From assembly GCF_039654945.1 (NCBI RefSeq), contig NW_027361962.1, positions 62,001 through 126,000 of the forward strand: a stretch of DNA of 64,000 nt, given 5' to 3'. The notes beneath the pieces are model-generated. The model saw only the letters and a program-made list of their open reading frames with translations, was not told the DNA's origin and made no database searches. Position 1 is the first letter of the stretch, and every line of letters starts with the position of its first letter. Source of the stretch: Dendrobates tinctorius. Lineage: Eukaryota. This document shows, one piece after another, positions 1-33,600 of this stretch. The position numbers and the translations under genes are program-made.

Positions 1-68
1 AGTTATAGGATAAAAGATAAATTTACTGATCACTGGGAATATTTTCCCCAAGCAGCTCCACATAGATA

Positions 69-104
<36 letters not shown>

Positions 105-292
105 ACAGCATGCGTTAGTCTGGTCCGATTTACAGACCGGACTAATGTATGTAAATGGGCAGCTCTATCAAGATGCGAATGAAACTGGTCCATAAAGTTC
201 TGCAGATTGCATGACCCTGGCGAGTTCCCGTTAGGTTTTACACCAAGTACAGTCATATGATGTAGGAAAAACTATTCAATATTAGAGTATCA

Positions 293-22176
<21,884 letters not shown>

Positions 22177-22199
22177 GGCTGACAGCCGCTACCCACACT

Positions 22200-22450
22200 G
22201 CACCGCGGCGCGGAGACGATCACACTGACTTCCGGCAGGCGTGCTAGAACGCCTGTAACCAGAGACGTGACCGGAAGAAGATAGACGGGCCGCGGAGCCA
22301 GGCGTTATAATCAGATTTCCTGATAGGCTGTGACTATTAATCGATATCCCGGTTCGTATTCACAGGCCGGAGACGGAATTCTACATCTGAGGCGGGAGCC
22401 GCTCCGCCATCTTGCTGCACCCACTTTATACATCCGGCGCCATTATGGTA
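22200..22450 (-). promoter_or_regulatory. NDUFAB1 proximal promoter (CpG-rich, ETS/GABP and YY1-like motifs)
   Basis: ACTTCCGG at about 22228, CCGGAAG at about 22271 and CCGCCATCTT at 22404-22413, directly upstream of exon 1. Confidence 0.6.
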
Positions 22451-22786
22451 CACCCAATGAGGACGGAGAGAAAGGTCACGGGGTGTCATTCAGGCTGTCA
22501 CATGGCTCCTCAATCACTGCTGGTGCAGATACACACACTGCTGGTAATGTGTCATCTAGCGCATCCTTCACACCATGTTGGGGGGGAGGGGGGAGTCTGC
22601 ACGAATTAGGCATCATATATTTTTCTAATTTCAGGTATTAAAGAGGATATCATTTTCCTTCACTTAAATATATGAATTTTGGGCTGAAAATCACTTTTGA
22701 TGTTTTATTATATATTTTGCACTGTCCATTCCTGACTGCAGTAATCAGGGGTGGAGATTTGTCTTTCTGCAGTAAGCAGGGTAGGT

Positions 22787-24400
22787 CTTTGTCTTTCTGC
22801 AGTAAGCAGGGGCGGGTCTGTGCAGTAAGCAGGGGCGGGTCTGTCTTTACAGTAAGCAGGGGTGGGTCTGTGCAGTAAGCAGGGGTGGGTCTGTCTTTAC
22901 AGTAAGCAGGGGTGGGTCTGTGCAGTAAGCAGGGGTGGGTCTGTGCAGTAAGCAGGGGTGGGTCTGTCTTTACAGTAAGCAGGGGTGGGTCTGTGCAGTA
23001 AGAAGGGGTGGGTCTGTCTTTACAGTAAGCAGGGGCGGGTCTGTCTTTACAGTAAGCAGGGGTGGGGGTCTGTGCAGTAAGCAGGGGTGGGTCTGTCTTT
23101 ACAGTAAGCAGGGGCGGGTCTGTGCAGTAAGAAGGGGTGGGTCTGTCTTTACAGTAAGCAGGGGCGGGTCTGTGCAGTAAGAAGGGGTGGGTCTGTCTTT
23201 ACAGTAAGCAGGGGTGGGTCTGTGCAGTAAGAAGGGGTGGGTCTGTCTTTACAGTAAGCAGGGGCGGGTCTGTCTTTACAGTAAGCAGGGGTGGGGGTCT
23301 GTGCAGTAAGCAGGGGTGGGTCTGTCTTTACAGTAAGCAGGGGCGGGTCTGTGCAGTAAGCAGGGGCGGGTCTGTCTTTACAGTAAGCAGGGGTGGGTCT
23401 GTCTTTACAGTAAGCAGGGGTGGGTCTATGTGCAGTAAGCAGGTCTGTCTTTACAGTAAGCAGGGGTGGGTCTGTCTTTACAGTAAGCAGGGGCGGGTCT
23501 ATGTGCAGTAAGCAGGGGCGGGTCTGTCTTTACAGTAAGCAGGGGCGGGTCTGTCTTTACAGTAAGCAGGGGTGGGGGTCTGTGCAGTAAGCGGGGGTGG
23601 GTCTGTCTTTACAGTAAGCAGGGGCGGGTCTGTGCAGTAAGCAGGGGTGGGTCTGTCTTTACAGTAAGCAGGGGTGGGTCTGTCTTTACAGTAAGCAGGG
23701 GTGGGTCTATGTGCAGTAAGCAGGTCTGTCTTTACAGTAAGCAGGGGTGGGTCTGTCTTTACAGTAAGCAGGGGCGGGTCTATGTGCAGTAAGCAGGGGC
23801 GGGTCTGTCTTTACAGTAAGCAGGGGCGGGTCTGTCTTTACATTAAGCAGGGGCGGGTCTGTCTTTACAGTAAGCAGGGGTGGGTCTGTCTTTACAGTAA
23901 GCAGGGGCGGGTCTATGTGCAGTAAGCAGGGGCGGGTCTGTCTTTACAGTAAGCAGGGGCGGGTCTGTCTTTACAGTAAGCAGGGGCGGGTCTGTCTTTA
24001 CATTAAGCAGGGGCGGGTCTGTCTTTACAGTAAGCAGGGGTGGGTCTGTCTTTACAGTAAGCAAGGGTGGGTCTTTTACTTTATACAGTAAGTAGGGGTG
24101 GGTCTGTCTTTAAAGTAAGCAGGGGTGGGTCTATGTGCAGTAAGCAGGGGCGGGTCTTTGTCTTTCTGCAGTAAGCAGGGGCGGGTCTGTCTTTACAGTA
24201 AGCAGGGGCAGATCTCTTTACAGTAAGCAGGGGCAGGTCTTTTACTTTCTACAGTAAGTGGGGGGGTGGATCTTTATCTTTTTACAGATGCAGGTCTGTG
24301 TCGCTTTATAGTAAGCGGCAGCAGGACTTTGTCATTATACAGTAATCGGGGGGCGGGTCTTTGTCTTTCTGCAGTAATCGGGGGCGGGTCTTTCTTTCTA
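22787..24400. repeat. G-rich minisatellite (22-27 bp units, CAGTAAGCAGGGGYGGGTCTGT[CTTTA/G])
   Basis: About 55-60 directly visible tandem units, degenerating at the right end. Confidence 0.95.
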
Positions 24401-25229
24401 GGTAAGTGGGGGTGGATCTTTATCTTTTTACAGGAAGTGGGTACAGGTCTGTGTCGCTTTATAGGAAGTGGCGGAGTGTCTTTTACTTGGCTCTTGCTCT
24501 CCTGTCAAGTCAAATAGCACATAAACAAAACAGAGGCCAGAATTCAGACTATAGAGAAGTACTAGGAAGTGAGGGTAAGTTCTAGCACCTATAGTGCTGG
24601 TTGAATTCTGAAGCCACTCACTTGAAAACATCATAAGCATGAGAACTGTTTCAGGTCACATTAGACTGATATGTGACCAAAAGCAGTTTTAACTTGTGGA
24701 TGATGAGAACAACAAGAACATTAATGGCATCAGTTTCCCCCGTTAACGGTAACTCTAGTTCAGTAACTTCATGTTGCAGCATTGTTGCTGTTGCTTACCT
24801 CTGTAACTTGACTGTAGAATGTCGGGATAGCTGAACATCCAGAGATGCAGATGACTAATCTTCAGTTCGGCCATGCACATCAGATAGACGTCTGTGAAAT
24901 GAATCATCTCTGCTGATACTTCACGGTTACAATACATCAGAGTGAGGAGACATAAAAGCCGTGTATGCTCCTCTGGAAAACTAAATAAGCAATGGCTTTC
25001 AAGTCTCCTCACTCTGACATGCCAGGCTTAACATGTCACTCTCCTCATGAAGAAACATTACCCCTTAAACCTCAGAATTGAGAATTTTGATAATGACTGA
25101 TCAATTCTGGCAGAGAAAAAAAAGATTTATCTGATAACATATATTAAAGTTACTTATTTTCATGTGTAGTGTTGATTTATGAAACAATTAAAACAACTGC
25201 AGCGCTTTAAGTTCCCCAATTGACAGCAA

Positions 25230-26027
25230 TGTGGAACGGGAGTGGTGGTGGAACCACTGTGCCGCGGTCCAAGGAGAGCCTGGAGGGGCAAAACTAGGTG
25301 AACACCTGACTCTTCGTTAGAGCCCCTAATGGTGGGGTTAGACTTGGCTCCAGATGGTCACCAGGCGCTACACCAGGACAGACCACGGGCGCACGGCAGC
25401 TGACCCTGAAGGGGCAGGAAACAGGAGCGACCTATAAGGGTAAGTTCAGCTGGTACAGGTAGGCACGGCAGGAACCTGAGCAGCAGGTGCTGGTGGGAAC
25501 GGCTGAAAAATACAGGCAGTCACTGGCATGTGCAGGCAGATATGGCTGGCTTACAGGTGGGTACGGCTGGTATACAGGTTGGCACGACAGGCAGGTACGG
25601 CTGATATAAAGGCAGGTTCGGCTGGCCTACAAGTGGGCACAGAAGGTACGGCTGGTATACAGGTGGACACGACAAAGGCAGGCTGGAAGATAAACTACAA
25701 CAGGGGGCCTTAGAATTAGCAAGCATGCAACTAACAAAGTGAACATGTTGTTAAGGCACCTCCCATCAGGTGGAGGTGCCTTAAATAATAAGTGTCTCCC
25801 AGCCACTGACTGGGGAAACTTTAAGACAGAGCGCGATGTCCCTTTAAGAAGGAAGGAACTTCAGGTAGCAAGAAGGAGGGAAGTGTGTGTGCCATAAAGT
25901 GCCTGGGGATCTGCAAGCCATGCGCAGGCCCCAGGAAGTAGGAGGAGGCGGAAGTGCGCCAAGGCGGTGAGTGAGTCAGGTTCCCTGCAGGGGAAGGAGG
26001 GAGGCGTGCAGGGACGCCAGTGCTACA
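25230..26027. mobile_element. Possible solo LTR (gypsy-like)
   Basis: An 800-bp segment bounded by TG...CA with short GGCAGGTACGGCTG-like internal repeats. No clear TSD. Confidence 0.35.
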
Positions 26028-26175
26028 TAAAATAAGATTGTCTTTTAGGGCAATAAACATGCCATCTCAACATGTGCACTTATGGTACCTGTGCCAAGGT
26101 ATAGGAACTAATGCTAAGAGGGGATGTAGATTAGACACAAGCCCAGAACAGACTAATCCACTTTACGTCCTTAAT

Positions 26176-26181
26176 TTTATT
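26176..26181 (-). promoter_or_regulatory. Candidate PALB2 polyadenylation signal (AATAAA)
   Basis: TTTATT on the + strand about 1.2 kb downstream of the PALB2 stop codon. Confidence 0.35.
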
Positions 26182-27409
26182 ATAAAAGAACAGTGTGTAG
26201 CACAACAGTAGAAAAAAGGCGACTTGTACACCAACATCCAAACATACATTTAAACTTTCTTTTTCTTTTTTTACATACAATGTAAGTAAATGCTATAAAA
26301 TTTCTTAGTGCTCTTTTAATAAAATGTTAACTTATCAGAGAATTGCTCTGAAAATTTGTGACAAATTGCCATAACAGACTGTGATAAATCAAGAGGGGAG
26401 CAATAGGAATATAAAGGGCATCCCCCTCGGGTTTGGATCTGACGGTAGGAGAGGCAGTCGGCAGATTCGGGGCTATTATTGAAGAGGCAGAAGTTGAACG
26501 CTGAAGCCTCTCCTGCATAAGAGGCTCTTGTAACCCTGCTGGAATGGATCGCAGTGCACACGCCTGACAGCGGCTCCATTCATTCTCTATGGGGCGGCTG
26601 GAAAAACTCACAGCGCTGTACTCGGCAGCCCCATAAGGAATGAATGGAGCAGAGGTCGGGCATGCACCCTGCCCCACGATTTAATTGGGGATAAAGTGCC
26701 CTGTTTTCAGAGAGGTGCGGATCCATAAGTTGGATACGTGATGTCGTCTCTACTGGATAACCCCTCTAATGTATTAGCGGCAATTGCAGAAGCAGAATAC
26801 TTTGTTTAATGCTGATGTTTTGTGCCCGTACAGTACCCCATGCCATAGATCACTGGCATGGAGCAGGGGCAGCTGTTCAGTTGCTTATCAAGATCAATAT
26901 CGGTCTCTCACTCGTTACCAAAACAAAGTATTTTGACTGCTTTTACACGATTTATAGGTAACCTGGGATGTTGTATATGACCAGCTCATACTCTAAGTTT
27001 GTGCCTACCGGCCAGATACTAATTTTAATGATGCAGGATCCCTTTAATAGACGGTCATATTGCCCTGGATTCAAATAGGGAGCAGTAATTCCTAAGAAAA
27101 TGTCTTACAGGGTAAGTCCAGTGTAGAAGTTCTTATCCGTCACGGATAACAGTGATAAGGTGACATTGGAGAAGTCTCATCGCTGCCTTCCATAATATAG
27201 GGCAGAGTAATACAGCTAGCTGCTGCAAAACTACAGCTCCCACCGTGCCAGCACATGATGGGGATTGTAGTTTTGTAACCACCAAAGGTTGATTGCTGTG
27301 GAATATCAAACCTGTCAAAAAGGAAATCTGACAATGTCACCGAATGTAAAGGCACCAGTGTAGCAGAAATCTCTGTGTAGTGCAAAAGGGCTCGGAGACA
27401 TGAAGTTTG

Positions 27410-27629
27410 TCATCCGCAGTCTGCGTGTTCATAAACGCAGACACTTCCGTCCTTTCGTCCAGCAAGCAGCCACGAAGACCCGTTACCCCATCGTACCAGA
27501 GACCAGGGCATATCCCAGTCTGGAGGGAGCACAGCAGAGCAATGGCTACTGGATAAATCCCACAGGGCGATGCTTCCACATGACAAGATGGCCGCTGCTC
27601 TTTGTTTCTTCACGTCACCTTCCAGGAAT
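27410..27629 (-). CDS. PALB2: PALB2 exon 13 (terminal coding exon)
   Basis: [25 protein letters not shown]...[20 protein letters not shown]. Confidence 0.95.
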
Positions 27630-30600
27630 CTAAATCCGAAATAAAGGCAAGTTATTCAGCATTAGATAATGTGAGGAAATAGAGACGGCCTCATGGAACA
27701 AGAGCAGCTTCAGAAAGCAACTCTGTCTCTCCCATCTCTGCATTACACAGCCGGTCCATTGGTTTCACATGACAACCCCTTTACAACAGTCTTTGCACTT
27801 TAGTAAAAGCAAGTGGCTAGGAAATGCCATCACGCCATGATCACAGGCTGCCCGACCTCTGTACAATGGTGCTTATTGCCACCCCACTATGAGGGGAACT
27901 GCAGATAACCCCCTTCCCTTAGTGGCTGGGAATGGCCTTGGGAAGAGAAAAATCCTTAAAGGGCTTGTCCAGGACATTTCTTTTTTTACTATTGGTCTAA
28001 ACACTGGATCCTGTTGTACGCGACGCCGGCTCAGATCGGTCAGCGATTGCTCCTGCAATCTATTCAGCCAACTCTGCTGATGTCACGTTGACAGAGTAGT
28101 GACCTCTCTCCTGCTCTGTTGACGGGGCGCGATTGCCAACGCTATGCTTACTGACAGCCGGCTCCCTGCAGTTAGGCAGCGGGATGTCAATCAGCAGTCA
28201 CGCCTCGTCAACAGAGCAGAAGAGGAGCCGCTGCTCTGTCAATGTGACATCAGCGGAAGTGGCTCAATCGCGCCAGGAGCGGTCGCTGACCACTCTGAGC
28301 AGAGATCGAAGCCGGTCAAAACAGGCAGGTAGGTAGCAACTACTCTTAGGCCTGTAGTAAAACAAATTATAGTCCCGGATAACCCCTTTAGGAGTTGCAG
28401 TACGGCAACTCCTTTACTCTCAGGATTCAGGGGGAGGCATCAGACCTCCATGATCAGGAAGCCGTAGTGACATGCCACCACTTTCTGAGATGGGCATACC
28501 CCTTTTTATTGAAAAGAACAAATTGACATTACACAGCGTGACAAGAATCTTTACCTACTACTGACTGCGTCTGGTAGCATATAGGCCATAATAAGAGCGC
28601 TCGCGCCTCCATGGGGATTGGTGGCGAGGAGTTTGAATACACAGCTCCCGTTGATCTCACGAGGTTTGTTGAGCGAGCTCCCAACAACTAAAAATAACAA
28701 CCCCTGGCATGGAAATGAAGAACAAACACATGTTAATTAATAGAAAAACAAAGCAAAATATTCAGTTCAAATGACTTTTTGCATCTTACGTAAACATATG
28801 TCACAGTCAGTGAGCTGGCATATAGAGTAGGTTCAGGAACTGCGCCGCTCCTCACCAGGCAGATACCGACTGCCCATTGCAGCAGTGACCAGAGCAAGTT
28901 CCAGTCACACTAGTTTCATCAAGTAAATGCCACAAGATTTGTTTCCCCATTTTCCAGTGTGTTACATGGTAAAGTGAATGGCATCATTCAAAACTACAAC
29001 TTGTTGTGCAAACAACAAGTCATCATAAGCGTGTGACATCTTTGTTGGTGCCTGCACACTTTGTTTGACGCCTTTATTGCGAGTGCAGTGGTCCTGTGGA
29101 CATCTTTGGGACATGTGGTGCCATCCAGGCTAGGAGCTTGGGAGTTAACTCTTGGTTTGCGCTGGTTCCACTTGCTGTTATCAATGGCAGGCTCCACAGA
29201 CCAGGTTTCTAAGTCTGTTGCCCACGCGACGGAAAAATAAAAAGGTAGTGGCTATTGGAACAAGTGGGAAAACCAAAATGTATGCAATTTTCTTAATATT
29301 TAAATGTGCTGTTAAGAGCTATGTCCGGCCCATAGATCTTAACAGCTGACTTGCATATGAAGAAAAATGTGGATTTCTTCAGAATAAAACATCGGATCAC
29401 CGATACCAAGGTGTCATTTTATTCAGCTTCCTATGATCTACATGCCCATATAGATGGCTTAGGAGGTCGTTCCTACTGACAGATTCCCATTAAAGGTATT
29501 TCATAGGTAGCACTATTGGTTTGGATAAAATCACAGGTTACCGTGAGCCTCACCAGAGAATCTTTCACGAGACCGTTTGTCACCTGAATTGATTTTCTAA
29601 CACTTGAGTTGCTCATTATCATTTATTAACCCCCTTAATGACCAGACAATTTTTTTTACCTCTCCTCTTTCCACAAGCCTTTCATTTTCCTTTCTATGTG
29701 GGACAAATTTTAATATTTTTTTAGTGCTGTTTGGGGTGGATAGAAAATACTGTCTAGTTTATATAATTTTTCTTTGCAATGCAAATTTTTAAAAAAATGC
29801 AACTTTTCATTTAGAAGTTTTTACACCAAATAGACTGTTGAATAAAATCTCCGGGTTTTTATAGTTGTGTTTCTTGTTATATGTATCTGCAGATTTTTTT
29901 CAGAGTTTTAATAGTAGAGACTATTTAATTTTTATTACTTTTATGCCAATGTCTTATACAGTTTTATATTTTTTTACATAATTTGACCAACAAGAGATCT
30001 TAAAAGACCTCTGGGGAGCACTTTTTTTCTGTTATTTTTAATTTTTTACTCTCTGTAACTGGGGTACCCATAGGTGCCCCAGTTACAGGGGAAAACAGCC
30101 TCCTGCTGTGCCAGGCATCACTGGCAGAGCTGATCCCAGCAGCTTTGCTATACCAGCAGAGATCTGGTGATCACCAGGTTCCTACAGAAAGCATTGTCAC
30201 TGTTGATGCTTCTGTTCACTGTATAACGCTTAGTGACCGCTATGTATATAGTGATCAAAAGACAACACACTACAAGTAATAAACAGCCAGACGCTGGATC
30301 TGCTCCTGTTATATTGCAGAAGATTTCACCCCTAACAATAAAGCAGGATAAAAACTCAGGAGCAAATGCGGTAATTTTTCGGTGCCGAGTTGCAATGAGG
30401 TTCAAAGTGAATAAAACATGCTATATACAATAAAAAAAAAACATAAAGGAACAGAGCTCTCACCGAGTCAGATGACGCGCTTATACAAGTGAGGTCAGAA
30501 CAGATGTTTCCTATGTAAAATGTGCCCAGGAGGTGTCCGGTCACTGAATTCCTGCATCACACAATAAGGAAATCATCACTATGAAGGCACATTACATCAA

Positions 30601-33600
30601 AAGTGGCAGTATTACCTAATGCGGCAGTGGTCACACATGACCATTACTGCGCCCACTCGCATGTGGGAAACAGGACCCCCTGATATACAGGGTAATTGCG
30701 GTCCTGGTAGTCAGATAATCAGCGATCATACTTTCATTATCTACCCTAAGGAAATGTGAACTATGTTTTTGAAGGGAATAACCCATTTATTGACACCAAA
30801 TTAACTGGTTTTCTAGATAAACAGATGCTGGAATAGTGTAATTCTACTACATTTTTTCAATACTTGTCTCACCAGAGAACTAGATGGTTGTCCACGGTAG
30901 ACCCCACCAGAGCGTCCCTCTCGCCGTCCACTTCTGAGAAGGCTACAATGCAGTCTTTAGGGGCCACCAGAGTATGGGAACCAGCCACACTGAGAAAGAA
31001 GAGAGTGTACATTACCGTCCCCTAAATCCAAGCTTATCTAATCTGTATGCTTTCATGTGGATTGTTTGTTAAAGGGAACTTTCCCCCCCCCCGGATATGT
31101 CAAATCAGCTGACATGTAGCGGGAAAGATGTGGGCTCACCACTGGAGCCCACATCAAAGGAGGAGACACAAGAAGCGCAGTACTAGTACGGCGCATGTTG
31201 TGAAGGGGTTAATCCAAGTCCCAATATCCCAAAATTAAGACATCAATGTAATTACTTCCAGACAATAAAGTTAGGTCTTTAGATATCTCCTCACCTTCCA
31301 TTCTCTGCCAACTGCCACAGCTCCACTACCTGACTGCCTCCTTCTCCGCTGGAGGTGACCAAGCGGTGCCGGGATAGACCCTGGGCAGTCTTGGTGAGCC
31401 CATGTTTGACCAATTGTTTCTCCCTAGTAAGTATCTCTGAATTTGAAGCCAGCACCCTGTGCAAAATATAAGCGCTTGTAAGAAAACAGAATATATGTGG
31501 CATAGAACCGCACTGTGGTGGTGAAGTGAAACGTGCCATGGGCTAGGCACCACACCGCTATGGAACATTGCCTGCCTTTAGTACATTATTTAACATGGTT
31601 CTTTGGTTCTGACCCTTACCATGTTCCTTGGTTCTTTTACTTACCAGATGTCCATAATTTCCACATTTCCCAGAGCCACGCACACCAGGTTCTTCTCTTG
31701 GATCAATGGAAGAATTTGGATGACAGGTATCTACAATGAGAAGAAAGACAATCACTAGACGATATGAGTTATGACAAAAGTGCAGACAAGTGCTGAGTGG
31801 TAGACGGCAGCTGTCATCCTCTGACCTCTGCAAATTTCCAGGTGTGGACGCATCTCCATTTGCAAACTTCTTGAGGTCTCCAAAGGTGGACGGAATATTC
31901 GCTAGCTGATACAATGCAGAGATCAACGCATCCAGGGAAATCCCACCAAAGAGAACACAGGTCTACAAGAGGTCCTCCATCGCACGCGTCCTGCAAACAG
32001 AAATTATCATCCATCATCTACCTCTTACCTATATAGCTAACTTTAATCTGTACATCTGTCATATAGATATTAAATAGATAAAGACAAATATGCTTAAAGC
32101 TGGACATGTTCTGACCTTAATTTCGGAGACAAGACGTAGACGGTCTTCTCCCATCATTCCCTCCTCGTCACATTGATCCGATCTATTTGCACTTTCCTAG
32201 AAAGAATAACTTGTCTTATTATGGGCACCGTCTAATAATAATAATCTTAATAATCTTTATTTTTATATAACGCTAACAAATTCCGCAGCGCTTTACAGTT
32301 TTGCACACATTAGCATCGCTGTCCCTGAAGGCTCACAATCTAAATTTCCTATCAGTATGTCTTTGGAATGTGGGAGGAAACCAGAGTGCCCGGAGGAAAC
32401 CCACGCAAACACGGGGAGAACATACAAACTCCTTGCAGATGTTGTCCTTGGTGGGATTCGAACCCAGGACTCCAGCGCTGCAAGGCTACAGCGCTAACCA
32501 CTGAGCCACCGTGCCGCCCACCGTCTACCATGGATCCATCGATGGGTCGTCAACAGAACTTACTTCATACTTTTGAAGACGGGTTTTCTCCTCCGCATGG
32601 CCCCGAGTGTTGCCCCCTGATGGAGGTGATGATAAAGTACTGAACTTATGGGCAGCGTCGTCGTCCTGTGCCACCAATTCATCTGCATTATTCAATGGCA
32701 CGCTCTCCTCTGGAGGTAGCGCTCTTGTTCTTGGTGACGTCTGCTCCTCACAAAGAGCAGGAGACAAAAAAGCAGCTGGGGTGAAACCTAACATGGGCAG
32801 GCCGGGGGTACATCCTGAAAATACGAACTCCGTGTGAGTATCTGCTGGGACAGAACACATGGACGTCGACAGGAGGACGTTACAAGCCGCTTCTTTAGCA
32901 GGACAAGGGACGCTGAGCGATGGCTCTGTCTCTGAGTGGGAGTTCATATCTAGAGCAACACCTTGCACTGGAGTAACAGCCTCTAAGGATAGAAAAGGAG
33001 CTTGTAAGGCGCAGGTGTCCGAGCCTGTACTAGAACAAGTGGGTTCCCAAACTGCAGTATGGTGGGGGGCATCAAAAAAGACCTGCTCGAAGGAATTGGT
33101 GACCGAAAAACAAGGTGTGAAGGCCTCATCGGTCTCTTTTGAGAGCGAGAACTGAACACCCTCCGGATCCTCCCTAGAAATGAAAGTCTGAGATGCCGTC
33201 CGGCCATGTTGAGCTTCATTGTCACGTAACGTAGTTTGGTTGATGTCAAGAGATGAATCATCGTTTGCTTTGCTGACTGCTGCCAGTTTTGGAGATGCAG
33301 ATGTGCAGACCCCACCTGTTCCATGTAGCAGTGCCGAGTTGTCACACGCTGGCATTGTGGAGTTGTTGATGCTATCGGCCCATTTATAATATTTCTTCTG
33401 TTTACTTGGCTCAGTGACAAAGCGCTCCAGGAGACTAATGGATTGCAGCTTTTTGAGTTTAAGGAGTCCGAAGTCTTCATCTGGCAAATGGAAATCTGTG
33501 ATGTCTGATTGGTGCAAGAGATGGAGCGGACTAGGCCTGCTGCCGAAAAGACAAAAGGGCGAAGCTTCGGAAAAAAGAAGAAAAATGATATTATCAGAAG

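Noticed and set aside
29625-31211. piggyBac-like TTAACCCC...GGGGTTAA ends flanking PALB2 exons 10-11
   Set aside because: The sequences diverge right after the first 8-10 bp, so they are independent MITE fragments rather than one element.
32400-32519. tRNA gene
   Set aside because: The A and B boxes belong to a SINE head that continues into a SINE body and tail bounded by a TSD.
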